Source: an uncultured virus (IMG/VR IMGVR_UViG_2865217878_000004)
Lineage: Duplodnaviria > Heunggongvirae > Uroviricota > Caudoviricetes
Length of the DNA: 20,000 nucleotides
Direction: 5' to 3' (one strand)
IMG/VR virus record: IMGVR_UViG_2865217878_000004
The position numbers and the translations under genes were made by a program. The first letter of the stretch is position 1, and every line of letters begins with the position of its first letter. Positions 1-7,366 of this stretch are shown here, one piece after another. The notes under the pieces were generated by a model. It ran no database searches. It saw only the letters and a program-made list of their open reading frames with translations, and was not told the origin of the DNA.

Positions 1-12
1 GTGCTGCCTGTG

Positions 13-432
13 TCAATCCCGCCGCACTGGCCACGGCGAGGCGGCGAGAAGGCCGTCCATCAGGAAGGGCCGTGGGCGTTGACCTTCCACCTGCCGCGCG
101 AAGACACGTTCGCCGCTGCCCAAGTCCCGCCAGGTCAACACCTGCCGTCGAACGGGGCGTATCGGTCGTCGGCGCGGCCCATACACACCGGTCCCCTCAT
201 GAACGTACCGCGCGTAGTCCAGGTCGCTGAACACCTCACCCAGCACTTCTCCCGGTCGGTCGGTGATCTCGGACTGGATGCTGGCACGGAGCGGGCCGTT
301 GCCTGGACAGCGCGCGCGTGCGGAGGCTTCGACCGCCTCGGTGACCTCTCGAACCATGGTGCCGACCCAGCCTGCTGCGGACAGTTCACGGTCGATCACG
401 CCGTTGTCCAGCTCGATGCGGATCTCGCTCAT
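13..432 (-). CDS. HK97 gp10-like neck/tail completion protein
   Basis: 139 aa. ARARCP..GPLRASI..DYARYVHEGTG..RPRPFL matches the HK97-gp10 family pattern; lies downstream of the head-tail joining genes. Confidence 0.75.
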   Translation of the reverse strand: MSEIRIELDNGVIDRELSAAGWVGTMVREVTEAVEASARARCPGNGPLRASIQSEITDRPGEVLGEVFSDLDYARYVHEGTGVYGPRRRPIRPVRRQVLTWRDLGSGERVFARQVEGQRPRPFLMDGLLAASPWPVRRD

Positions 433-543
433 CGCAGATCACCCAGTCTCTTGCTGCTCGTCCTGTGGTGGCCGACTCGCTACCTGCGTACCGGCCGAGC
501 CGCGGACGTGCCGGTCTTCCCCCTCACCGCGCATCGCCTTCGT

Positions 544-1083
544 CTACGCCTCGACGGTGATCGTCAGCAGGACTCCGGCGCAGCCACCTTGGGGGCCAAG
601 GGGGCGTTCGGTGTCGGGTTCGACGGTCACGTCCTGCAGGGCTGAGCAGCAGGCCACCGCTTCGCGGAGCAGGCGGGCGTCGGCGAGGAAGCCCCAGAAC
701 TCGGCCGCGCGCTGCTGGCAGTCCGGGGCTGATTGGCCGTCCGGGGCGGTGACGGCGACGCAGCGGGTCACGCCGAGTTCGATTACGTGGCGTCCGCGCC
801 AGGACAGGCAGCCGCGGGAGGTGCGCCGGTTTCCGGCGAGGTCGGCGACCGGGTCGCGGCGGATCCAGCGCACCCATGCCTGTCCGTGGCCGCCGTCGCA
901 GTCGCAGCCGCACCAGTCCAGGGCGGGGAGGCGTTCGCCCCAGGTGAGGCAGCAGGAGCAGACCGGCCGTTCGGCTGCGGTCAGCGTTGCGCACAGACAG
1001 GCGTGCAGGCCGGACAGGATCGGGCCGAGGAGCGGGTCGGCGTCCGGGGGCAGGAGAGGCTCGTGCTCGACTGGCTGGGTCAT
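544..1083 (-). CDS. Cys-rich neck/tail-terminator-like structural protein
   Basis: Start moved to the ATG at 1083 (MTQPVEH), which forms an ATGA overlap with the upstream stop. 179 aa with 14 Cys and motifs GQAWVR, ELGVTRC, PLGPQGGC. Function inferred from synteny. Confidence 0.6.
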   Translation of the reverse strand: MTQPVEHEPLLPPDADPLLGPILSGLHACLCATLTAAERPVCSCCLTWGERLPALDWCGCDCDGGHGQAWVRWIRRDPVADLAGNRRTSRGCLSWRGRHVIELGVTRCVAVTAPDGQSAPDCQQRAAEFWGFLADARLLREAVACCSALQDVTVEPDTERPLGPQGGCAGVLLTITVEA

Positions 1084-1898
1084 CGCTTGGCTCCTGGGGG
1101 ATAGCGACGCGACAGGGGCGCTGGGGGAAGGTCGAGGGAGTAGACGGCCGGGCGTTGCTGGCCGGGGGTGGGGTTGACCAGTTGGACCCAGGAGTAGATG
1201 TGCGGCATGTGGGTGCGCAGCGTCTCGGCCCAGTCCCCGTCCGGCACGATGTCGTAGGTCACGCCCTCGCGCTGAACGGTGCGCACGCCGCGCGGCAACG
1301 CACAGCCGGTGGCGCCTGGGGTGCACGCTTTGTCGATCTCGCAGGCAAGGCGGCCGACCGCGCGGCGTCCGCCGATGGGCACCTCGAGGCCGCGCAGGTA
1401 GGTGACGGAAAGCGTTCCCGGGGCGGTGTCCGGCAGCGTGAGGTCCTGGTGGTGCGGCCAGCACGCCCCGTCCGTACGTGCGAGGAGCGCGCCGACCGCC
1501 CGAGGAAGCACGGCGTAGGCGGTGGTTGGCAACTCAGTGCCGGCGTGGCGTACGGCGAGCACGCTGTGCACCGGCCCGTGCAGGTAGATGGCGCAGCGGG
1601 GGGTGCACCCGCATCGCGTCTGTCCGCAGCCGCAGGGCGTCTCGCCCCAGTGCCCGGCGCCGAGCCCGGGAGACGTCCTGCCGGGGGATGACGCCGCGCA
1701 CCGGATGCCGCAGGGGCGTTCGACCTCCTCGCACAACCCGTATCGCCCTCCGGTCAGCCGCCAGAGCACGTCGGTGGCCTCCTGCACGGCCGCGAGGTGA
1801 TCCTCGGTCCACTCCCCGGGGTCGTCCGGCCAGCCGGGGCAGCAGGACGGATCGACCGGCCACGGGGCGCAGGGACCGTCCTGCACCTGATCCGGCAT
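1080..1898 (-). CDS. Head-to-tail adaptor/connector
   Basis: ATG 1898 has a GGAGAG RBS (alternative start 1910). CAPWPVD..ATDVLWRLTG..LACEIDKAC..CALP..VQREGVT resembles actinophage adaptors; the position fits. Confidence 0.7.
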   Translation of the reverse strand: MPDQVQDGPCAPWPVDPSCCPGWPDDPGEWTEDHLAAVQEATDVLWRLTGGRYGLCEEVERPCGIRCAASSPGRTSPGLGAGHWGETPCGCGQTRCGCTPRCAIYLHGPVHSVLAVRHAGTELPTTAYAVLPRAVGALLARTDGACWPHHQDLTLPDTAPGTLSVTYLRGLEVPIGGRRAVGRLACEIDKACTPGATGCALPRGVRTVQREGVTYDIVPDGDWAETLRTHMPHIYSWVQLVNPTPGQQRPAVYSLDLPPAPLSRRYPPGAKR

Positions 1899-1919
1899 GG
1901 CTCTCTCCATCTATGTCTG

Positions 1920-1955
1920 CGGTTCGGCCGGCACCGAGTGGTGCCGGCCGAACCG
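1920..1955 (-). terminator. Perfect 16-bp stem-loop; likely terminator/attenuator or mRNA stabiliser
   Basis: CGGTTCGGCCGGCACC-GAGT-GGTGCCGGCCGAACCG, 4 nt after the stop at 1960. No U-tract, which is common in actinomycetes. Confidence 0.7.
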
Positions 1956-1959
1956 GCAG

Positions 1960-2763
1960 CTACTTCGGCTCCGTCTCCTTCTTCTCCGGGCTGCTGGCGC
2001 GTCTCGGCTCGGAGCGGCGTGCCGACGCCTGCGGCCGCGGCTGCGACTGTGGCGGCGGGGTCTGCTGGCCCGGAGGCGGGGACTGGGGCTGCTCAGGTTC
2101 CGGCTCGGGAGCGGGCGGAGCCGGGGGCTGCGGCTCCTCGTTCCCGTCCTGGTCGGGGGCTGCGGTAGCGATGGTGATGGGCACCGTCGCAGCGGTGAGC
2201 ACGCGTGCCGAGCCGTGGCCGACCGCGCCCTGGACGCTGAACTCGTAGGTGGTGTCCGGCTCCAGGCGGCGGATCGGCACGACGCGTTCGTAGCCGCGCA
2301 GTTCCTTCTTCAGCCAGTCGTGCTCGGGCTCGTCCTCGGTGGCCTGGGCCCGGTAGCGCAGCACCCAGCCGTCCGGCTCGGTACGCTCCTGTGAGTTTCC
2401 CGAGTAGTCCCAGGCGATGACGATGGTGTCGGTGGTCGGCTCGCCCTTGGCGCCGAGGCCCTCGACGACCATGTCGTACTCGATGCCGTGATCCGGGTGG
2501 ATCCCGTCCACCTCGAAGACGGTCGGCTCCACCCAGACCATGCGGTCGATGCCGGGCTCGATCGGCTGTGAACCCTCGGCGAGGACGAGGTCGCCGTGGT
2601 CGCCCGCGAACACCTCGGCCGGGATGTGGACGTAGGAGACCGGGTTGCCGATGTGGTACCGGATGCGGCTGCGGTCTTCCTGCGCCCACCACATCACCCG
2701 CTGGAGCACGGCCGCTCGGGTGTCGGGATGGACGACGAGGTAGGTACCGGTCATACGGGGCAT
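1960..2763 (-). CDS. Fibronectin type III domain protein, probable virion decoration protein
   Basis: AAGGAGG RBS. FN3 signature IVIAW..WVLRYR..LEPDTTYEFSVQG, followed by a Pro/Gln/Glu-rich tail. Confidence 0.75.
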   Translation of the reverse strand: MPRMTGTYLVVHPDTRAAVLQRVMWWAQEDRSRIRYHIGNPVSYVHIPAEVFAGDHGDLVLAEGSQPIEPGIDRMVWVEPTVFEVDGIHPDHGIEYDMVVEGLGAKGEPTTDTIVIAWDYSGNSQERTEPDGWVLRYRAQATEDEPEHDWLKKELRGYERVVPIRRLEPDTTYEFSVQGAVGHGSARVLTAATVPITIATAAPDQDGNEEPQPPAPPAPEPEPEQPQSPPPGQQTPPPQSQPRPQASARRSEPRRASSPEKKETEPK

Positions 2764-2766
2764 GGG

Positions 2767-4569
2767 CTATCGCCTCCTTGGCCGACTCGACCGGCGGCTG
2801 CGCGGCGCGGCGGCTGGCAGCGGGATGGTGACCTGCTGCTCGGTGCAGCGCGCCGGCTCGGCCCCGGACACGCAGACGGTGACGGTGTGCGCGCCGGGGG
2901 CCAGGACCTGTTCCGCGGTGACGCCGCTGGCCGGGACGTCCACGACCGGCTGGTCATCCCACTGGATCGTGTAGGTCTCGCTGTCGGTCACGGTCACCGT
3001 GATCACAGCTGAGTTCGCCGCCTGGCCGGGGGCGACGGTGAACTGCGGGCCGGTTCCCGGCTGCTGACCGCCCGGGGTGAACGTGGTGCTCGCGATCACG
3101 GCCAGGTCGGCGGTCGAGGTCGCCGTGATCGTCTGGTCGCCGGAGATGTTCTCGTCGTAGGCGTGGGTGGACTGCGTCTGCCCGGCGGGAACGACAGTGA
3201 CCGGCGTGCCGTCGCCCCAGTCCACCTCGATGTCCGCCTCCGCCGGGAACCCGGTGAGGGTGATCAGCGCGGTGCGGCCGGTGGCATCGGACGGGTCGGC
3301 CTCCGCAGTCAGGGTCGGCTCCGGGGGCTCCTGACCGCCGCCCGGGGTGAACGTGGCGCTGGCTGTCACGGACGGGTCGGCCTGGCTGGTGACCGTGATC
3401 GCCACCTCGCCGGTGACGCTCTCGGCGAAGGCGTGGGTCGCCTCAGCCGTGCCGGCCGGCAGCGACTCCGGCTGTGTGCCGTCGCCCCAGTCCACCGTCA
3501 GCGCGTCCGCGGCCGGGAATCCGGAGAGGGTGATCAGCGCGGTGCGGCCGGTGGCGTCCGCCGGGTCGGCCTCCGCAGTCACCGTCGGCTCGGCGGGAGC
3601 CCCCTCACCGGGGGTGAAGGCGGCGTTGGCCCGAAGCTGTGGGTCCGTCTCGGAGGTGAGGGTGATGGTCACCGTCCCCGTGACGTCCTGTGCGTAGGCG
3701 TAGGTGAGTTCCCCCTCGGCCGGGTGCCCGGTCTCCGGAGCCGTGCCGTCGCCCCAGTCGATCGCCACCGTGCTGTCGGCGGGGAAGCCGCTGTAGGACA
3801 GGAGCGCGGTGCGGCCGGTGGGGTCGCTGGCGTCGGCGGTTGCCTGGGCGGTTGGCTCCGTCCCGCCGCCGTCGAACGGCACGGTGACCTGCTGGCTCGT
3901 GGTGCGGGAGGCGTCGACCGTGTCGGTGGCGGTAACGGCGTAGTCGCCCGGGGTGGTGAACGCGTGACCGGTGGGCGTCTGCCCGTCGCCGGGGTTGGTC
4001 TGCGGCTCGGTGCCGTCGCCGAAGTCGACCAGCGCCTGATTGCCCTGGTTGTCGATCAGCGCGTTCACCGACATCCCGGTGGTGTCGGCGGTGTCCTCCT
4101 CGATGGTGAGCGTGATGTCGGCGACCTCGCCGAACGGCACGGTCACCTGAGCGGTGCCGGTGCGGGTGGTGTCGTCGGCGTCCCTGGCGGTGACGGTGTA
4201 GTCGCCGGGGGCCGCGTACGGGTGGGGCGTCGCCTCCTGGCCGTCACCGGAGTTGGACCCTGCGGGGGTGCCGTCGCCGAAGTCCAGGGTCACGGGGCCC
4301 TGGCCTCGGTTGTCCACGGTGATGGAGGCGGTCATGCGCGAGGCGTCGGTGGTGTCCTCGCCGGCGGTGACCTCCATCTCCTCCGGCTCGCCCCCGACGT
4401 CGAAGGGCAGGGTGAACGTGACTTCGGTGCGCGCCTGGGGGTTGTCGGCGTCGGCGACGACGGCGGTCTTCGCCCCGGGGGTGGCGTACTGGTGGGAGAC
4501 CTGCCCCTGCTCGGGGCCGTTCTCCACCGGGCTGCCGTCGCCCCAGTCGATCGTGGTCGGTCCAGCCAT
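2767..4569 (-). CDS. Protein of about 7 tandem PKD/Ig-like repeats, probable tail decoration/adhesin
   Basis: AAGGAG RBS. Six D(W/F)GDG motifs plus a degenerate QWDDQ, most followed by a HxY/F-type motif; acidic and Thr-rich; short Arg-rich C-terminus. Confidence 0.8.
   Translation of the reverse strand: MAGPTTIDWGDGSPVENGPEQGQVSHQYATPGAKTAVVADADNPQARTEVTFTLPFDVGGEPEEMEVTAGEDTTDASRMTASITVDNRGQGPVTLDFGDGTPAGSNSGDGQEATPHPYAAPGDYTVTARDADDTTRTGTAQVTVPFGEVADITLTIEEDTADTTGMSVNALIDNQGNQALVDFGDGTEPQTNPGDGQTPTGHAFTTPGDYAVTATDTVDASRTTSQQVTVPFDGGGTEPTAQATADASDPTGRTALLSYSGFPADSTVAIDWGDGTAPETGHPAEGELTYAYAQDVTGTVTITLTSETDPQLRANAAFTPGEGAPAEPTVTAEADPADATGRTALITLSGFPAADALTVDWGDGTQPESLPAGTAEATHAFAESVTGEVAITVTSQADPSVTASATFTPGGGQEPPEPTLTAEADPSDATGRTALITLTGFPAEADIEVDWGDGTPVTVVPAGQTQSTHAYDENISGDQTITATSTADLAVIASTTFTPGGQQPGTGPQFTVAPGQAANSAVITVTVTDSETYTIQWDDQPVVDVPASGVTAEQVLAPGAHTVTVCVSGAEPARCTEQQVTIPLPAAAPRSRRSSRPRRR
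3256..3591. repeat. Near-identical ~65-bp direct repeats between adjacent PKD units
   Basis: gagggtgatcagcgcggtgcggccggtggc..gggtcggcctccgcagtca..gtcggctc at about 3256-3321 and 3526-3591 (270-bp period); a weaker copy lies near 3800. Confidence 0.8.
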
Positions 4570-4584
4570 GGCGATTCTTCTCCT

Positions 4585-6246
4585 TCAGGCCGTGGTGGCG
4601 TTGTCGATGTCGAGCTGTATGGTCATGCCGCTGGGATCGGAGGTGTCCGCTCCTGCGGTGGCCTGCGGCTCGGTGGGCTGCCCGGCGCCGGTGTTGTCGA
4701 TGTCGAGCTGGACCGTCATGCCGCTGGGGTCGGACGGGTCGGCGGCGGCGGTCACCTGCGGGCCCGGCTCGTCTTGGCCGAGAGGCACGGTGACCGGCAG
4801 CTCGACGGCCGCGGTGGGCTCGGCGACCGAGGCGACACGGATGGTGTAGTCGCCCTGGGCGGTGTAGGCGTGCTCGGCGGTGCCGGACTCGGGCACCTGC
4901 TGCACCGGGGTGCCGTCGCCCCAGTCGATCGCCACCAGGCCGTTGCCGGTGTTGTCGTAAGTGACAACGGCGGTCATGCCGGTCGGGTCGTCCGGGTCGG
5001 CTTCGACCTCGGCGGCGGGCGCCTGGGCGACGGGTACGCGGATGGCCTCGCGGGTGCGGTAGGTGGGCAGGTCTCCGCGCCGGGCGGCCACGTAGTAGAT
5101 GTTCGGGAACTGGTAGGTGTGCAGGACAGAGACGGTGCCTGCCGCGCTGACCGTGACCTCCTCGGCGGCGGTGCCGTCGCCCCAGTCGACGGTGGCGGTG
5201 CGGTTGGCGTGCGAGGGCAGGCCGATGGTCGCGGTGATCTCGAAGGGGTTGTCGGGGTTGTCGCCGCTGAGGGTGAGGGTGGGTTCGTCGGCCGGCAGCG
5301 GGATCGTCACGGACCGAGTGGCGGTGACTACCGGGGTCTGGGCGTCCGCGACGGTGATCGGGTACTCGCCGTCCCCTTCGTAGGTGTGGGTGACCCAGGT
5401 GCCGTCGGCAACCTGCTGCGGCTCGGAACCGTCCGCCCAGGTCACCAGCACGGGGCCGAGGCCATGGTTGTCCGCCCGCAGTCGGACGGTGCGGCGCGGC
5501 GTCTCGTTGACGACGCCGGTGACGTACAGGTCGGCCGGGTCGGGCACGGGACGGTCCACCGGCAGGCACTCGGTCTCCGGCTCCGGCGGACGCAGCGTGG
5601 TGACGGGGATGAGACGGCGGTGCTTGGTGGGCGGCATCGGCTGAGGCAGCGGACCGGGAACTCCGTTGGCGTCCGCCCAGACCTGGTAGGGACCGCGTCG
5701 CCAGCCGTTCGGGGCGCGGGTCGTCCCAGTGAACGTGGTGGTCAGCGCAGCGTTCGCCACTTCGAGATCGCCTTCGGAGGCGCCGACCACGCGGGGGTAG
5801 AGCAGGTAGCCCCAGCGTCCTTGTGCGACGCTGCCGGTGCACACATCGTCTTCGGAGCTGACCGCCATCCACAGCTCCAGTGCGAATCCGACCTCATTGG
5901 TCGACAGGCCCGAGCTGTCGCCGGTGTCGTAGCCGATGATCTCCTCGCCGTCGTGGACCAGCTCGACGCTCGGGTCGATGATCTGGGCGAGCACCGGGTT
6001 GACCGCACACAGCACGATCTCCAGCTCGTAGTGGGAGAATGTGTTGGTGGCGGGGATGTTCAGGCAGGTCCCGCCGTCAGCGGCGGGCTGGGATATCTCT
6101 TCACCCTCAGTGAACTGCGCGCTCTGCGAGACGCTGACGAAACCGCGGGTGACGATCTGGCCGCACTCGCCGTAGACGGGGCGGCCACACACATCAAGCC
6201 TGGTAAAACGGGCGACGAGGCCACGGTAGAGACGTGCCTCAGGCAT
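4585..6246 (-). CDS. Major tail (tube) protein with C-terminal PKD/Ig-like repeats
   Basis: ATG 6246 has a GAAGGAG RBS. N-terminus TRLDVCGRPVYG..GFVSV..GEEI..WGYLLYP..WRRGPY is typical of actinophage tail tube proteins; then 3 W(G/A)DG repeats and two half-repeats. Confidence 0.8.
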   Translation of the reverse strand: MPEARLYRGLVARFTRLDVCGRPVYGECGQIVTRGFVSVSQSAQFTEGEEISQPAADGGTCLNIPATNTFSHYELEIVLCAVNPVLAQIIDPSVELVHDGEEIIGYDTGDSSGLSTNEVGFALELWMAVSSEDDVCTGSVAQGRWGYLLYPRVVGASEGDLEVANAALTTTFTGTTRAPNGWRRGPYQVWADANGVPGPLPQPMPPTKHRRLIPVTTLRPPEPETECLPVDRPVPDPADLYVTGVVNETPRRTVRLRADNHGLGPVLVTWADGSEPQQVADGTWVTHTYEGDGEYPITVADAQTPVVTATRSVTIPLPADEPTLTLSGDNPDNPFEITATIGLPSHANRTATVDWGDGTAAEEVTVSAAGTVSVLHTYQFPNIYYVAARRGDLPTYRTREAIRVPVAQAPAAEVEADPDDPTGMTAVVTYDNTGNGLVAIDWGDGTPVQQVPESGTAEHAYTAQGDYTIRVASVAEPTAAVELPVTVPLGQDEPGPQVTAAADPSDPSGMTVQLDIDNTGAGQPTEPQATAGADTSDPSGMTIQLDIDNATTA

Positions 6247-6429
6247 GACGTACTCCTTCATTGAGGGCCGTGGTGAGCGGCAGCGGGCGGAGGTCGTTCT
6301 CCGGGGTGGTGCGGCCGCGAGTCGTCAACCTCCGGCCCAAGAGGGGAGCTGTCCGAGGGCCCGGGAGGGGTGGGTGGGTTGCGGATCTACCGGCTGTTCG
6401 AGGAGCCGGCAGGCTCTTGAGGGCCGCCA

Positions 6430-7254
6430 TCACCACTCACTGCTTCCGGAGGGAAGCTGGAGAAGGACGGCTGCGGCGTAGCAGTCGGCGTCCAACGCGT
6501 AGGTGCGCTCCGCGATTGCGATACGGGTGTTGGTTTCCGGGGTGACGGCCTGGTGGGCGAAGGGGGCGCTGCGGCGTGCGGTGACGGTGCCGGTGGCGAT
6601 CAGCCAGCACCGTCCCGAGACGGGGTCCGGCTCGGCGGGTTCTGAGGGGTCGTCGAAGTAGCCGCCCCCGAACGCGATGCGGCTGCCGAGCTCGGTTCGC
6701 ATCATCGGTCCGTTCGGCGTCACCTGCCGCGCCGCCGCGAAGTGCGGCTGCGTCCAGCGAGGAGCGTGAACGGTAGGCCGCCCGGCATAGTGCAGGGCCG
6801 CGTCAGCCTCCAACGCCCCGAGTGCGGTCAGAAGCGGAACCGGCTCGGTGCCCAGGGGAAGCCGCGGGTCAACATCGGCGATCTGAAGCGAGAAGACGCG
6901 CTCCACCTCGCGCGGTTCGATCAGATGCAGGCGGCGCAACGCGGTGCCCTCGGGGTCAGCGAAACCGACCGTCGAGCACTCCAGCCGCGTGTAGACCGTG
7001 AACGGTCCGCCGCCGTTGACCCAGGTCACCCCCTCGGCCTCAGGCTTGTCGTGGCTGGTGCCTCCGGGCGCGGGCTGCGGGCGGGAACCGATCACGTGCC
7101 CGCCTTGCGCACAGGCATCGGTGGCGTAGGTGACGCCGTCGAGCTGCCAGCGGCCGTCCTCGGTGATGACCCGAGCCACGCTGAGCAGGCCGTAGGTGTA
7201 GGTCTCAAGGGGCGGCGGGTCGACTTCCACACTTCCCGGGACCGGGATCGTCAT
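6430..7254 (-). CDS. Second capsid protein (major capsid pentamer-type)
   Basis: ATG 7254 has a GGAG RBS. YGLLSVA..RWQ.GV.Y..PFTVY..C..VERVF..ALGALE..GGGY..N..IAERTY. Directly follows the major capsid gene, as in Rosebush-like hexamer/pentamer pairs (from recall). Confidence 0.65.
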   Translation of the reverse strand: MTIPVPGSVEVDPPPLETYTYGLLSVARVITEDGRWQLDGVTYATDACAQGGHVIGSRPQPAPGGTSHDKPEAEGVTWVNGGGPFTVYTRLECSTVGFADPEGTALRRLHLIEPREVERVFSLQIADVDPRLPLGTEPVPLLTALGALEADAALHYAGRPTVHAPRWTQPHFAAARQVTPNGPMMRTELGSRIAFGGGYFDDPSEPAEPDPVSGRCWLIATGTVTARRSAPFAHQAVTPETNTRIAIAERTYALDADCYAAAVLLQLPSGSSEW

Positions 7255-7270
7255 TGCGTCTCCAGATGGG

Positions 7271-7355
7271 TCCAGCGAGGCGGCCCGGAGCTGGGTGACG
7301 GAGCCGAGCAGCACAAGGGAAGAAAGGTGCGCTCGCGCAGCTCCGAGCCGCTGGA
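7271..7355 (-). terminator. Large nested stem-loop between the two capsid genes
   Basis: 14-bp arms at 7280-7293 and 7338-7351 (one G-U pair on the mRNA) plus an inner stem 7306-7314/7327-7334. Confidence 0.6.
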
Positions 7356-7366
7356 TTGAGAAGAAG

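Noticed and set aside
439..534. 31-aa minus-strand ORF (MRGEGEDR..) filling the gap between neck genes
   Set aside because: Weak RBS and no recognisable motif; possible but unsupported.
2767..5530. Repeats considered as a CRISPR array or DGR template/variable repeats
   Set aside because: They are coding domain repeats with synonymous-type differences; no spacers, adenine-specific variation, cas or reverse transcriptase gene in the window.
4244..5872. 542-aa alternative-frame minus ORF spanning the tail/PKD junction, suggesting a frameshift product
   Set aside because: R/P/H-rich off-frame translation; no slippery site seen, and the two real genes are already in frame.
3163..6264. 1033-aa plus-strand ORF, and similar long ORFs at 7295-8407, 13446-15017 and 18179-19243
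   Set aside because: Antisense shadows of GC-rich minus-strand genes; G/R/V-biased composition and no recognisable motifs.
6239..6436. 65-aa minus ORF between the pentamer and tail genes
   Set aside because: Atypical codons and low-complexity composition; better explained as a regulatory leader.
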